From the NCBI GenBank assembly GCA_965203315.1, contig CBDBCE010000004.1, forward strand, positions 256,001 to 320,000: a DNA stretch of 64,000 bases, written 5' to 3'. The DNA is from Nitrosopumilus sp. (GTDB taxonomy: Archaea; Thermoproteota; Nitrososphaeria; Nitrososphaerales; Nitrosopumilaceae). Each line of letters starts with the position of its first letter. The first letter of the stretch is position 1. A program made the position numbers and the translations under genes. The notes beneath the pieces were generated by a model that saw only the letters and a list, made by a program, of their open reading frames with translations, did no database searches and was not told the origin of the DNA. This document shows, in pieces, positions 1 through 9,665 of this stretch.

Positions 1-1
1 G

Positions 2-673
2 TACCTTAAACTAGAACGTAATATACCTCAACGTCAAAGTCCATGTCCAAACTGTTCTCGAAAGGGATGCCGTACATGTAACAATCATGGAATCAACAAG
101 TTTGATAGCGTTGAGGGTTTTATATCTAGACTCGTCTTTGAGCGACTCGGTGGAACTGTGGCCAAGTTTATTTGGGTTGGGGGCGAAGATAGGACTAGTC
201 TCGTACTTGCAAGACGTCCATTCTATATCAAATTATGTAATCCTCAGAGACGGACTCTCGAGTCAATCGATATGATCACCGACTCTATTCATGTCTATAA
301 TCTACGTACTATACCATCTCTCCCAAAACAACCGATACAGTTTCGATCAACTTGTCGTGCTCTTGTATGTACAAATGACATCATCGACTCTACAGTACTG
401 CAAAGACTCACTACCTTGACCAAGCAACAGATCATCGTATATTCAAGATCTGGCAAGCGTAAAACAAAGACCATTCACTCGTTACGTTACAGACGTAGAT
501 CTGATAGAGAGTTTCTACTCACAATCGACATAGATGGTGGACTATCAATCAAACGACTCATCACAGGTGATGATGTCTCGCCTAGCGTTAGTTCTATCTT
601 GGGCATGTCATGTCATGTAAAACACATTGATATCATTGGCACGAATATAATAGATAATAACAATTTTAACTAA
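2..673 (+). CDS. pus10: tRNA pseudouridine(54/55) synthase Pus10, 5' truncated by the window edge
   Basis: The frame is open from base 2: YLKLERNIPQ..CPNC..GCRTC..SVEG..GGED..RPF and C-terminal DGGLSIKRLITG..PSVS are Pus10 motifs. ORF 158..673 is only its distal part. Confidence 0.85.
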   Translation, partial: YLKLERNIPQRQSPCPNCSRKGCRTCNNHGINKFDSVEGFISRLVFERLGGTVAKFIWVGGEDRTSLVLARRPFYIKLCNPQRRTLESIDMITDSIHVYNLRTIPSLPKQPIQFRSTCRALVCTNDIIDSTVLQRLTTLTKQQIIVYSRSGKRKTKTIHSLRYRRRSDREFLLTIDIDGGLSIKRLITGDDVSPSVSSILGMSCHVKHIDIIGTNIIDNNNFN

Positions 674-691
674 TCTCAAGTAAAATACACT

Positions 692-784
692 ATGCCATTG
701 AGAAAGAAAGGTAAACATCAAAGACGCGCCGATCAACGTGCAAAGACGCGAAGAGTAAAAAAGACTGGCAAACCACGTTCATAA
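692..784 (+). CDS. 30-aa highly basic small protein (MPLRKKGKHQRRADQRAKTRRVKKTGKPRS)
   Basis: Clean ATG..TAA ORF filling the gap between two genes. Very K/R-rich and below the ORF-track cutoff. Confidence 0.6.
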   Translation: MPLRKKGKHQRRADQRAKTRRVKKTGKPRS

Positions 785-796
785 TCTCCAACTCTG

Positions 797-1513
797 GTGA
801 TGATACTGGATCCTCTAGCTCGACTCAAAGATGCTCATACAAAGGGAGTCATACCTAATACTATCTATGATACCATTACAGAACGTTTCTCTATAATGGT
901 TGGCGGTATCGATAGAATTGAAAAGGCTGCCAAGATGGCATACCCGATAGCATACGTAGAACCATCACTTATCATGTCTACTCCAAATCCTAACTCGTAT
1001 GGTTCTGCAATCTTTTTTGCACGAACCATTCCTATCATCCTCGATGAAAGGTTTAATGTTGTAGTACAAGTATCTGCTCCTCTCGTCTTGTGTGGTCTCA
1101 AAGGAACGATCCATGCAATTCTTGCTCACGAGTTTCTTCACTATCTTGAACTTGTACGCAAGATTGTAAAGATGGATATACTCTCTGATGAGATATCTGG
1201 AAATATCTTTGAGAATGTATATGCTGACGAGACAAGGCTCTTTGAACCCAGAGCAGTATTCTCGGATCAGACTCTGCTGTCACATATAACTAGACGATTT
1301 CCTGCTGGATTTAGAGATCATAAACTTGAAGACAAGGTCATAAAGCTTTGGTACGATCGAGGTCTTCCACGAACAGATATCGCTCTTGATACAAATACCA
1401 CTAGGATATCTGCTGACTCGATATCCAAGATAAGGTTCAAGCCAGAGATGGTTGCCAAGATCGACGAACTAGAGCAAAAGAGCATAAAGATTCGTAGGAG
1501 AAGACTCAGTTAA
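797..1513 (+). CDS. Conserved hypothetical protein with HExxH zincin-like motif
   Basis: ILAHEFLHY motif; 238-aa ORF. Confidence 0.7.
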   Translation: MMILDPLARLKDAHTKGVIPNTIYDTITERFSIMVGGIDRIEKAAKMAYPIAYVEPSLIMSTPNPNSYGSAIFFARTIPIILDERFNVVVQVSAPLVLCGLKGTIHAILAHEFLHYLELVRKIVKMDILSDEISGNIFENVYADETRLFEPRAVFSDQTLLSHITRRFPAGFRDHKLEDKVIKLWYDRGLPRTDIALDTNTTRISADSISKIRFKPEMVAKIDELEQKSIKIRRRRLS

Positions 1514-1676
1514 ATTCCGTCAGTCCACATCTCCCACAAGTGTGTCTGTCCTTGTGGTTTGACATGAATACTCCCTTTCCACAACGCGAGCATATCTTTC
1601 TTTGATGTGTGGTCGTCTCTCCTTCAACTTTGTAATACGTGTGGATCTTTGGACTGTATCCCTTTCTACCTGCCAT
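1506..1676 (-). CDS. rps27ae: 30S ribosomal protein S27ae (eS31)
   Basis: Manual translation MAGRKGYSPKIHTYYKVEGE..RKICSRCGKGVFMSNHKDRHTCGRCGLTEFN; directly downstream of S24e. Confidence 0.95.
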   Translation of the reverse strand: MAGRKGYSPKIHTYYKVEGETTTHQRKICSRCGKGVFMSNHKDRHTCGRCGLTEFN

Positions 1677-2008
1677 CATTTGGCCTCCTCTGTTTGAGGC
1701 GTCTCTTTGGACTCTGCTAGTTTTGCTTTGGATCTTTCTAGTCTTGTAAATACGGTTGGATTGACATGACGTTTTGCCAAAGCCTCGTCATCATATACAT
1801 AAAACGTTCCAGTAACACCTTGTTGTCCTACACGAGTTCGTAGGTTTATAGGAATCACAAACTTGCTAGCCAGATCAAACTCTTTTACAATCATGCTTAT
1901 GGCATCTAGCTTTCCGAGTTGTCCACCTAGACCAGCAAAGTTGCACACAATCTCTCTCCTTGAGAGAAAGGTATTGTTTACATCCGTTATGGTCTCAATC
2001 ATTGACAT
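1676..2008 (-). CDS. rps24e: 30S ribosomal protein S24e (eS24)
   Basis: NTFLSRREI motif; conserved S24e-S27ae gene pair. Confidence 0.9.
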   Translation of the reverse strand: MSMIETITDVNNTFLSRREIVCNFAGLGGQLGKLDAISMIVKEFDLASKFVIPINLRTRVGQQGVTGTFYVYDDEALAKRHVNPTVFTRLERSKAKLAESKETPQTEEAK

Positions 2009-2413
2009 GTACTCAAATTTTTTAGATATTTTATATAAATCTTGATTGATGATTCTAACGTGATCTGACGCACTAGATCATAGGACTTACACATCTCTAG
2101 TTTAGACGTTCATCTTACAATATGGAACAACTATTTTATATAGTCACGAACGGAATTGTTTTCTTGTTTACTCCTGCATATGTGTGGTCAGAGACGGAAT
2201 TTGCCTCTGGCAGAAGATGACACCAAATTGTGATACAACACTAGGAAAATTATTATGTTCACGACTATACAATCCATAATCTTGTACAATCCATGAATGT
2301 CTAAATCGCATATTGACGTTGATGTGCTAGTGTGTCTAAAAGTCAGTTTTGAAACTTTATGATTTGTATTGATTGCATTTGTCTTGTATGAACGTGTTAT
2401 ACTCCAATCTGAC

Positions 2414-3411
2414 TGTCTTAGACGGAAATCATTTCATATATAAACTCGAAATAAAACCATTGGTAAAGGATGCTGAATGAAAAACAAATAGCGTATATAA
2501 TTAGAGAAATGCGTAAAGGCACAAGCTCATCCATCATAGCAGAGAGAATGAAGGTAACTCCCAGACGTGTGTATCAAATTTATGAATATTATATTCAGAC
2601 AGGTTCAGTTCCAAAACAGCTCAATGCAGGAAGACCAAAGATAGAACCAACACCAAAACAGATTCAAATTGTAACTGCAGCATACAATGATGATCCTCGA
2701 GGTGCTATTTTTATTGCAAAACATCTGCGCTCTGCCCGCATACAAATAAGCTACAACACTGTAAAGAAGATCATGAAAGCAAAAGGTTTAGCATCTCCAG
2801 CATCTACAAACCGAACGCGTCACAAATGGATTCGCTTTGAACGAAAGTACTCTAACGCAATGTGGCATGTAGACTGGCATGTCATAAAAGACTCCAGATG
2901 GCAAAATCTATACCTAATTTGCTACCTAGATGATGCATCCAGATGTATTACGGGCTTTGGAGTCTTTCAACATCCCACAACAGAGAATGCACTACTTGTA
3001 TTAGACAAAGCAATTAAGACGTTTGGAAGACCTGCACAGATACTATCTGATCATGGCCCCCAGTTTACATCTAACAAAGAACCAAAGAAAGGTAAAAAGA
3101 AACCTACGCACTTTGAAAGAGCTTTACAAAAGCGTAAAATTACTCACATACTTGCAGGAGTGGGTCGTCCACAAACCAATGGTAAGATAGAGAGATTCTT
3201 TGGAACATTTGAAAATGAGGTTGAACATCATGCCAGAATTGATGAATACATTAGTCATTACAATGAAAAAAGACCACACTTTGCTCTAGATATCGATAAC
3301 GGAGAAACACCGCTTATTGCTTTTAGAGCAAAACAAGCTAGTGCTGAGATTAGAAAAAACCCAAAATGGGCAGATCTTGACTTATATATGAAATGATTTC
3401 CGTCTAAGACA
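2414..3411 (+). mobile_element. Intact IS481-family insertion sequence, 30-bp perfect TIRs, 15-bp TSD
   Basis: TIR TGTCTTAGACGGAAATCATTTCATATATAA at 2414-2443 and its reverse complement at 3382-3411. ATACTCCAATCTGAC is duplicated at 2399-2413 and 3412-3426. Confidence 0.95.
2470..3396 (+). CDS. IS481-family DDE transposase
   Basis: N-terminal HTH, then rve core: WHVD, LDDASR, SDHGPQF, PQTNGKIERFF, YNEKRPH. Confidence 0.95.
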   Translation: MLNEKQIAYIIREMRKGTSSSIIAERMKVTPRRVYQIYEYYIQTGSVPKQLNAGRPKIEPTPKQIQIVTAAYNDDPRGAIFIAKHLRSARIQISYNTVKKIMKAKGLASPASTNRTRHKWIRFERKYSNAMWHVDWHVIKDSRWQNLYLICYLDDASRCITGFGVFQHPTTENALLVLDKAIKTFGRPAQILSDHGPQFTSNKEPKKGKKKPTHFERALQKRKITHILAGVGRPQTNGKIERFFGTFENEVEHHARIDEYISHYNEKRPHFALDIDNGETPLIAFRAKQASAEIRKNPKWADLDLYMK

Positions 3412-3461
3412 ATACTCCAATCTGACGAAGAGATTTAAGAACTGTACATTGAACTAGAGAT

Positions 3462-4022
3462 ATGGAGCGATATATGGTCCATTTGAATAATACTAGCTAT
3501 CTACCATCTGATTCTCGTAAGATAGTGTACAAGGCAAGGGATCTTGTGTCTGGTATGTCTGCAACCATTAGAGTTGCTCGCATTGCTACAACGTTTGTAG
3601 AACTAGATGTGTCTGTTGCAGCTACAGACTTGGATGATCTATTGGAACATCTCTTGCCTATAGGTTCTGTCGATAATGTGCGACATGTAATGGAAGAAGA
3701 GATTGACAAGGAGCAAGGGATCAAAGATGGCGTCTATTACTTTAACAACGAGCGTTTCTGGGAGAGTCACGAGTCTTTTGAAGGAGTTTGGAAAAAGTGT
3801 TTTGGACGTGAGAAAGAGTTGGTTCAAGGAATAATTCTACTAGCTGTGGCATTTGCTCATGCGCAGAAAGACGAACCGGATATTGGTATGGGTGTGTTGA
3901 GGCGTGCATTAGAAAAGTTAGGTAACTCTCCTGCCGTATATCATAGTATCGATGTAGATCGTATACGAACCAAGACGCGTCACATGCAGCAATCCAACAA
4001 TCTAGCTATCTTTGAGATCTGA
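3462..4022 (+). CDS. DUF309 domain protein
   Basis: FNNERFWESHESFEGVW..QGII motif. Confidence 0.85.
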   Translation: MERYMVHLNNTSYLPSDSRKIVYKARDLVSGMSATIRVARIATTFVELDVSVAATDLDDLLEHLLPIGSVDNVRHVMEEEIDKEQGIKDGVYYFNNERFWESHESFEGVWKKCFGREKELVQGIILLAVAFAHAQKDEPDIGMGVLRRALEKLGNSPAVYHSIDVDRIRTKTRHMQQSNNLAIFEI

Positions 4023-5289
4023 TCAAATCTAAACTAGTCGACAAGACCTGAGAACCCTCCAAGAGCCCAATACTACCACGTTTTGCTTGTTGTTCCGTCA
4101 TTCTTGTTGTTCCGTCATTCTTGATATGATCAATTGATACTAGGATCGGTACTGGATCATCACTGTGTCCTTTGTTTATACATGGTGTAGAGTGATCTGC
4201 TGATACAACGATGGCAACCTTGTCTGTGTCAATATTGTCAACAAGTGTCTTAAAGAATCTCTTATCGATCTCTTCTATGTTTCGCATCTTGCCTACTGCA
4301 TCGCCGTCATGTCCAAATTCATCAGGACCTTTTAGATGCACATATATTGCATTCTGAGTCTGCATGGCATCTGCTGCAACCTTGGCCTTCGTCTCATAGT
4401 CTGTAAGGCCTCCTGCTTGAAACGTCTTCATCTTTAGGATCTTTGCTATTCCGATCTCTACTGGCATATCCACTATGCATGAAAATTCCATACCGTACTT
4501 TTCATTGATTGGAGTAACTCTTGGATAACTGTTTCCTGCATCTCTGAGTAGTATGCAGCTCAGTTCTTTCTTTCCTTGTAATCTACGCCTCTCATTTATC
4601 TTGCTGTTCTGTAGTATGGCCTTTGAGTGATCTGCAAACTCGTTTACTAGATCAGATGTCTGTTTTGCTTGAACAGAGTCTTCTAGGGGGAGACATCTCT
4701 CAATCTTTAAAAAGTCGCCTACTGCCTTTGCGACTCCCATTCCGCCAATGTTACTATATGCGGGATCGGTGTTTGTGATCTTGGAAGAGAGACGATTCTT
4801 ATTTCTAATTCTAACTGTTACTCTATGACCTATCGTTGGAGCAACCGCCACCCGAGTTGTATCGTCTGAGAATTTGATCTCTGACTCAATCTCTGTGGCA
4901 ACACTATGCGCATCATCTCGTTCAATATGTCTTCCTGCTCTTCTATCTGTGATTATATTTTGATCATCTAGCGTTGCAAAGTTTCCTCGAAGCGCAAGAT
5001 CACCATCTTTAAAGTCTATTCCAATCCCTACTGCCTCGATGACTCCACGACCTGAATATTCTGCATGATTAAACTTGTATCCCAACATGTTAAACACAGC
5101 AATATCTGATTCAGGAGCTATTCCTCTTCCAACCGATATGACTTGGCCTATGACACCATTGTTTGCAATCCTATCTAGCGTTGGAGTCGTAGCGGCAGCT
5201 AGTGGAGTCTTGCCATCTAGATCTGGATGAGCAAGATCACCCACTCCATCTAGCAGAACATAGATCATGTGGATGTCTTGATTACTCAT
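4006..5289 (-). CDS. apgM: 2,3-BPG-independent phosphoglycerate mutase, archaeal type
   Basis: LDGVGD..GKTPL, PESD, KGPDEFGHDG, SADHSTP..HSDDPVP. Confidence 0.92.
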   Translation of the reverse strand: MSNQDIHMIYVLLDGVGDLAHPDLDGKTPLAAATTPTLDRIANNGVIGQVISVGRGIAPESDIAVFNMLGYKFNHAEYSGRGVIEAVGIGIDFKDGDLALRGNFATLDDQNIITDRRAGRHIERDDAHSVATEIESEIKFSDDTTRVAVAPTIGHRVTVRIRNKNRLSSKITNTDPAYSNIGGMGVAKAVGDFLKIERCLPLEDSVQAKQTSDLVNEFADHSKAILQNSKINERRRLQGKKELSCILLRDAGNSYPRVTPINEKYGMEFSCIVDMPVEIGIAKILKMKTFQAGGLTDYETKAKVAADAMQTQNAIYVHLKGPDEFGHDGDAVGKMRNIEEIDKRFFKTLVDNIDTDKVAIVVSADHSTPCINKGHSDDPVPILVSIDHIKNDGTTRMTEQQAKRGSIGLLEGSQVLSTSLDLIRSQR

Positions 5290-5407
5290 AGCTGTTGTCC
5301 TGATCTGAATTGTATAAATCTTTGATCAAATTCTGCTTACTTGTCTTTGTATCTGCAATGTGATTCACATCTAGTAAACATTTTAACAGGTTGTACAAAA
5401 TTTAATC

Positions 5408-6421
5408 TTGATGGGGAATATTCGTAAGGATTATGTTTCAGAACGTTTTATGATTGTATCCAAGAGTGATGCTATCTATGATGCAAAACTATCTCCTTTT
5501 GCACCAGGACACGAATCCATGACAAATCCTTCTGTACTGTCTCTTGTAGCAAAAGATGGTATACTGAAACGACTTCAAGATAATGAAGACGCATATGTGA
5601 AGGATTGGTCAATCCGTGTCTTTGAGAGAAACGATCCGATTGTGTCTGTGGAAGCAGAAAACTTGTACGACGATAAACCGTTTTACAGTGAGCCAGCTTA
5701 TGGTTATCACTATATTGTAGTTACATCCACCAACATCGACGATACGTTTGCAAGCATCGATACTGAACAGTGGTCAAATATTCTAGTTGCGATTCAAGAT
5801 AGATATCGATGGCTCTACACACAAAGAGGAGTCAAATATGTATCCATATATGCAGATCATAATGCTGACGAGCACAACCATCTCCACCCAAACATCAATA
5901 TGATAGCTCTCTCTGTAGTCCCTCCCACAATCGAGGGAGAAGCAAACGCTTCAAACAAGATACTTAACGAGAGAGGTTTGTGTCCCATGTGTCAGATTGT
6001 AACTGATGAGACTAGAGGTCCTAGAGAGATTTTACAAACAGAGAGTTTTATTGCATTTTGTCCATGGTCTCCAACATATCAATACGAGTTTTGGATAGTA
6101 CCAAAGAGACATACTACTAGCTTCGCAAAGAGTAGTCAGAAAGAGATCAACGATCTAGCAATGATCCTCAGATCTACTCTTGGCGGGCTAGAACACACAA
6201 TAAAGAACGTCTCGTACAGCTTTGCATTCCATCTGTCTCCTGAAAAAAAGAACACACGTCAAATTCATTGGCACGTTGAGGTGTATCCTGTTACTCAGTC
6301 TTGGTCAGGCCTTGAACGTGGCTATGGAATCTACCTCAACTCTATCTCACCTGAACAAGCTGCAAAAAAACTAGGCTCTGCATGTAGACGTGAATTTGCA
6401 AATCTAGTTGGACTCACATAA
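5408..6421 (+). CDS. galT: Galactose-1-phosphate uridylyltransferase-like (HIT superfamily) protein
   Basis: PFAPGHE, AYGYH, CPMC, YEFWIVPKRH, HWHVE, GLERGYG. The HPH motif appears altered to HPN. Confidence 0.8.
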   Translation: MMGNIRKDYVSERFMIVSKSDAIYDAKLSPFAPGHESMTNPSVLSLVAKDGILKRLQDNEDAYVKDWSIRVFERNDPIVSVEAENLYDDKPFYSEPAYGYHYIVVTSTNIDDTFASIDTEQWSNILVAIQDRYRWLYTQRGVKYVSIYADHNADEHNHLHPNINMIALSVVPPTIEGEANASNKILNERGLCPMCQIVTDETRGPREILQTESFIAFCPWSPTYQYEFWIVPKRHTTSFAKSSQKEINDLAMILRSTLGGLEHTIKNVSYSFAFHLSPEKKNTRQIHWHVEVYPVTQSWSGLERGYGIYLNSISPEQAAKKLGSACRREFANLVGLT

Positions 6422-6489
6422 TTATTTCTGTATGATGTCAACCTGTCGAGATCTTTGATTTACGCGCAACAAATTATCAAAACAACTAG

Positions 6490-6768
6490 TTAGACACGAT
6501 CTGATCTCTGTTTTCTAAGAATGTATATGCCAGCAAGTAATATTGGAATACCTACTAGAGGTCTAACCAAAAAACTAAAGATATCAGTTTGTTCAAAATC
6601 TATGCTGTGTTTTATACTAGCTCTAAATAAAATATTATGCAATAAAACAAGAGCGATTAAAACATGCACCCATAAAAAATAACACGATAAAACTATCAGG
6701 CCACTGCCTATGATTTTTAATAGATTCATGGTATTGAAAAAATAAGGATTATGAGCCAAATGGCTCAA
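6490..6768 (-). CDS. Small membrane protein (about two TM segments)
   Basis: Hydrophobic stretches; lies immediately downstream of the 305-aa secreted protein. True start may be ATG 6729. Confidence 0.55.
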   Translation of the reverse strand: MSHLAHNPYFFNTMNLLKIIGSGLIVLSCYFLWVHVLIALVLLHNILFRASIKHSIDFEQTDIFSFLVRPLVGIPILLAGIYILRKQRSDRV

Positions 6769-7666
6769 CCCAAATAGTTCCCAATTGTGATGTTCTTTGG
6801 TCTGTAGATGAAGTGTATGTATTCATTATTGTAATCAGCGTGACTCGACTTGGACCAAATGCGTTACATTGTACTTCATCTGTGTCATGCGGAGTTGTTC
6901 CTGTAAGAGTACATGCCTGAGCCTTTACCTGACCTGATCCTGGAATAATATTCGCCAATACATCATGTCGTTTGATAGTCTTACTGTGCTCAAACTCGAC
7001 GCATTGGTGGTTTCTCCGATCAACAATTTTCTCATTAATTTCTGCCGGGTACGTAAAAGTTCCAGTAATCTTTGCTTTACCGTTTGTATATGATATGAGT
7101 GTAGATGATGCAGAACCGCTAACTACTTTCTTATGTTTACAATCCCATTGCTGTTGCTGGCCGTTATGAGTTTTGTACACATTTATGGATACGCTGTTGC
7201 TCATTGTATTTACTTCATTTACTTGATTACTTGTGGCAACATAATTTACTTTAATAGGTCTTGAATTGTCTACAGAACTATCAAGATCTTCTGATTCATA
7301 TGTTGCATCAAGAAGATCAAACAACTCTTCAATAGTTTTTTCTCGATATTGCTCTTCAATGTCAGACGAGTTTCTTGAAACTAAAAGTATTGCCTTGGCA
7401 ATCTCTAATCTCTCAACTACATTTTCCAAGTAATCTATGTCGTCAGAATCAGCTTCAAGTTCTAGGTATTCTTTATAGTCTTTAATTACTGATTCCATAA
7501 GTTCTATGCCTCCTGTATTTCCCACTGGTCCAATAGAGCCATCTTTTGGTTCAATCTCTGATTCGAGTTTATTTAACATATTTGTGTCGGTGTTTTGCGC
7601 CAATACTATGCCTGGAACTAAGAGTATAGTGACCAGACATGATGTGGCAATTTGTATCTTATTCAT
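6749..7666 (-). CDS. Secreted hypothetical protein
   Basis: N-terminal signal peptide, acidic helical N-half, Cys-containing beta-rich C-half. Confidence 0.7.
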   Translation of the reverse strand: MNKIQIATSCLVTILLVPGIVLAQNTDTNMLNKLESEIEPKDGSIGPVGNTGGIELMESVIKDYKEYLELEADSDDIDYLENVVERLEIAKAILLVSRNSSDIEEQYREKTIEELFDLLDATYESEDLDSSVDNSRPIKVNYVATSNQVNEVNTMSNSVSINVYKTHNGQQQQWDCKHKKVVSGSASSTLISYTNGKAKITGTFTYPAEINEKIVDRRNHQCVEFEHSKTIKRHDVLANIIPGSGQVKAQACTLTGTTPHDTDEVQCNAFGPSRVTLITIMNTYTSSTDQRTSQLGTIWVEPFGS

Positions 7667-7707
7667 GTTATTAATTGTTGCATAACTTTTTTACTATATG
7701 TGGAAGT

Positions 7708-7737
7708 CGTATCTATGATACGTATCTATGATACGTA
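7708..7737. promoter_or_regulatory. Tandem palindromic operator-like repeat
   Basis: CGTATCTATGATA twice plus CGTA. Each unit reads CGTATC-N3-GATACG. About 40-70 bp upstream of the 7666 start. Confidence 0.5.
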
Positions 7738-7854
7738 ATGTTTTTATATGTGCCCTAGACGAGCCGATTCAGTCCACTTGATTGATCTTGATGTGTCTAA
7801 TTATCAATAACTTTTGTAAACATTAGATGATTAAAGGTAAACGATTGTCCTTGT

Positions 7855-7973
7855 AGATCTTTTTAATTTACGTGGTATGTGGGCGGTTACAGAAAAAGCA
7901 CTACGAGATTCTATAAGTGAAAATTACAGAAAAAGCCTTGCGAAACACCATCCCACGCAAATCGAAGAGATCC
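7855..7973. mobile_element. MITE family B, solo copy
   Basis: AGATCTTTTTAATTTACGTGG ... CCCACGCAAATCGAAGAGATCC; similar to copies at 11378, 20951, 21825, 38087, 57729 and 62844. Confidence 0.75.
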
Positions 7974-8055
7974 CTGGTATCATCTCAAGCATTTACCGAG
8001 TTTGTATCTTGCAAAACCTTGAAGATTTAATTATAAACAGCACACGGTATAGACT

Positions 8056-8496
8056 GTGAGGCTAGAGTTTTGGCTTGCTATTGGTGGCATAGCTCTGTTT
8101 GGAATGTTTGTCGGTGAGATGTTGTCTGTATATTTTTTCATGACGTCTGTTCCTGATGACTTTGATTATGCACAGGCGTTCGCCCCAGAACCCAAGATAC
8201 TACAGTTTATCTCGATAGGTGTTGCACCTGCTGGAGTACTATCTGCCATCGCATTCATCATGTCAAAGAGATATGGCTCTAAAGTGGTTGGTACTCTGAT
8301 AATAGTTGGTGGAATCATCCTACTTGTCGGTATGTCTTACTGTTATACACTGGTATCTGATATTCCATCAGATTATGTATCATTTACTGTACAGAATATT
8401 CCTCTCTTGTTTGCTGGCTTGTCTTTTACTGTAATTGGAGTTGGTTCGTACCTCTTGCGACAGCGAAAGAGACGTCCAATAAAGGAGTACTTTTAG
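8056..8496 (+). CDS. Conserved membrane protein (4 TM)
   Basis: Four hydrophobic segments and a basic C-tail. Confidence 0.75.
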   Translation: MRLEFWLAIGGIALFGMFVGEMLSVYFFMTSVPDDFDYAQAFAPEPKILQFISIGVAPAGVLSAIAFIMSKRYGSKVVGTLIIVGGIILLVGMSYCYTLVSDIPSDYVSFTVQNIPLLFAGLSFTVIGVGSYLLRQRKRRPIKEYF

Positions 8497-8921
8497 TTGT
8501 GGTCAAACCGCATCTCTGTCCCATGTTCCACAAATCCAATCTTTTCATAAAACGGTTTCACGTCACTGCTGCAATCGAGAATGGTCTTGTAACATCCTCT
8601 ATCTGCTGCCTTGTTTAACAGATACTCTATGATCTCTCTTCCAATTCTCTTTCCTTGATAGTCTTGATCAACTACGACATCTTCTATGTGGCCGGCTATT
8701 CCTCCACCATGAATGAACTTTGGTTCTATGAGTAGTGTCGCAGCTCCAACAACTCTACCATCTACTTCGGCAACGGCTATGATGTGATTCTTGTTTACAT
8801 CAATATCCTCAAAGATCTCTTTAGCCAACTCTCTGCTGATATTGCTTGTAGTTCGTAACGTATCTAGCGAACTTAGAAATCCATTCCAGAGATCTCCTAG
8901 TTGTAACTCTCGGACTATCAT
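8493..8921 (-). CDS. GNAT acetyltransferase, glucosamine-6-phosphate N-acetyltransferase-like
   Basis: EPKFIHGGG.AGHIEDVVV..YQGKRIG, GCYKTILDC, FYEKIGF. Start moved to ATG 8921, next to the upstream stop. Confidence 0.85.
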   Translation of the reverse strand: MIVRELQLGDLWNGFLSSLDTLRTTSNISRELAKEIFEDIDVNKNHIIAVAEVDGRVVGAATLLIEPKFIHGGGIAGHIEDVVVDQDYQGKRIGREIIEYLLNKAADRGCYKTILDCSSDVKPFYEKIGFVEHGTEMRFDHN

Positions 8922-8922
8922 A

Positions 8923-9624
8923 CTAGATCTTGCCCAGTCTTCTAACGTACTTTTCATGTGCTTGCTTGTATGCTGCCTTGTTGCCGATATCCATGAATCC
9001 TGTCTTGACGACAAAACTATCTACACGCATCTTGTTCTTTATTGCTTGTTTGATGACATTGTCCATTCCATATGGTTTATTCGCTGGGATATATCCTAAA
9101 ATGTTTGGTTCCATTACATAACAGCCTGTATTGATCATCGCCTTGATCTCTGGCTTTTCATTCCAGCCTATAACTCGTCCTGACTTTGATGTCTCGATCA
9201 CTCCATATTGTAGATTTGATTTATACTCGTAAAGACTCATTGTTGCAAACGAGCGTTGTTTGATGTGTTGCTCTACCATCTCACGAAGTTTAAAGTTGTA
9301 TATCGAGTCTCCATACATACAAACAAAAGACTCGTCAAGCATCCGTTCAGCTGACTTTAACTGGCCAGCTGTTGCTAGTGGCTTGTTTGATGCAGCATAC
9401 TCTATCTCTACCCCAAATCTACTCCCGTCTTCGAAATAGTCTTCTATTGTCTTTCGTAGATAACTCACACACAAGACTATTGAACGGATTCCATTCTTTC
9501 TGGTCCAATCAATCAAGTGCTCTAGAATGGGCTTCTCGCCCAACGGCAACATGGGCTTTGGAAGAAACGTCGTATATGGCTGTAGTCTGGTTCCTAATCC
9601 TCCTGCTAGAATTACCGCTTTCAT
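8923..9624 (-). CDS. Sugar-phosphate nucleotidyltransferase
   Basis: MKAVILAGGLGTRLQPYT..PKPMLP signature. Confidence 0.9.
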   Translation of the reverse strand: MKAVILAGGLGTRLQPYTTFLPKPMLPLGEKPILEHLIDWTRKNGIRSIVLCVSYLRKTIEDYFEDGSRFGVEIEYAASNKPLATAGQLKSAERMLDESFVCMYGDSIYNFKLREMVEQHIKQRSFATMSLYEYKSNLQYGVIETSKSGRVIGWNEKPEIKAMINTGCYVMEPNILGYIPANKPYGMDNVIKQAIKNKMRVDSFVVKTGFMDIGNKAAYKQAHEKYVRRLGKI

Positions 9625-9665
9625 GTAAAACTGACCGGTGTGTTATTATTTATGTTCGATGTTGA

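Noticed and set aside
7877-8059. Short ORFs 7877..8059, 35820..36026, 38100..38285, 38246..38440, 57511..57870, 57668..57865
   Set aside because: They overlap MITE or IS-remnant sequence and are probably spurious.
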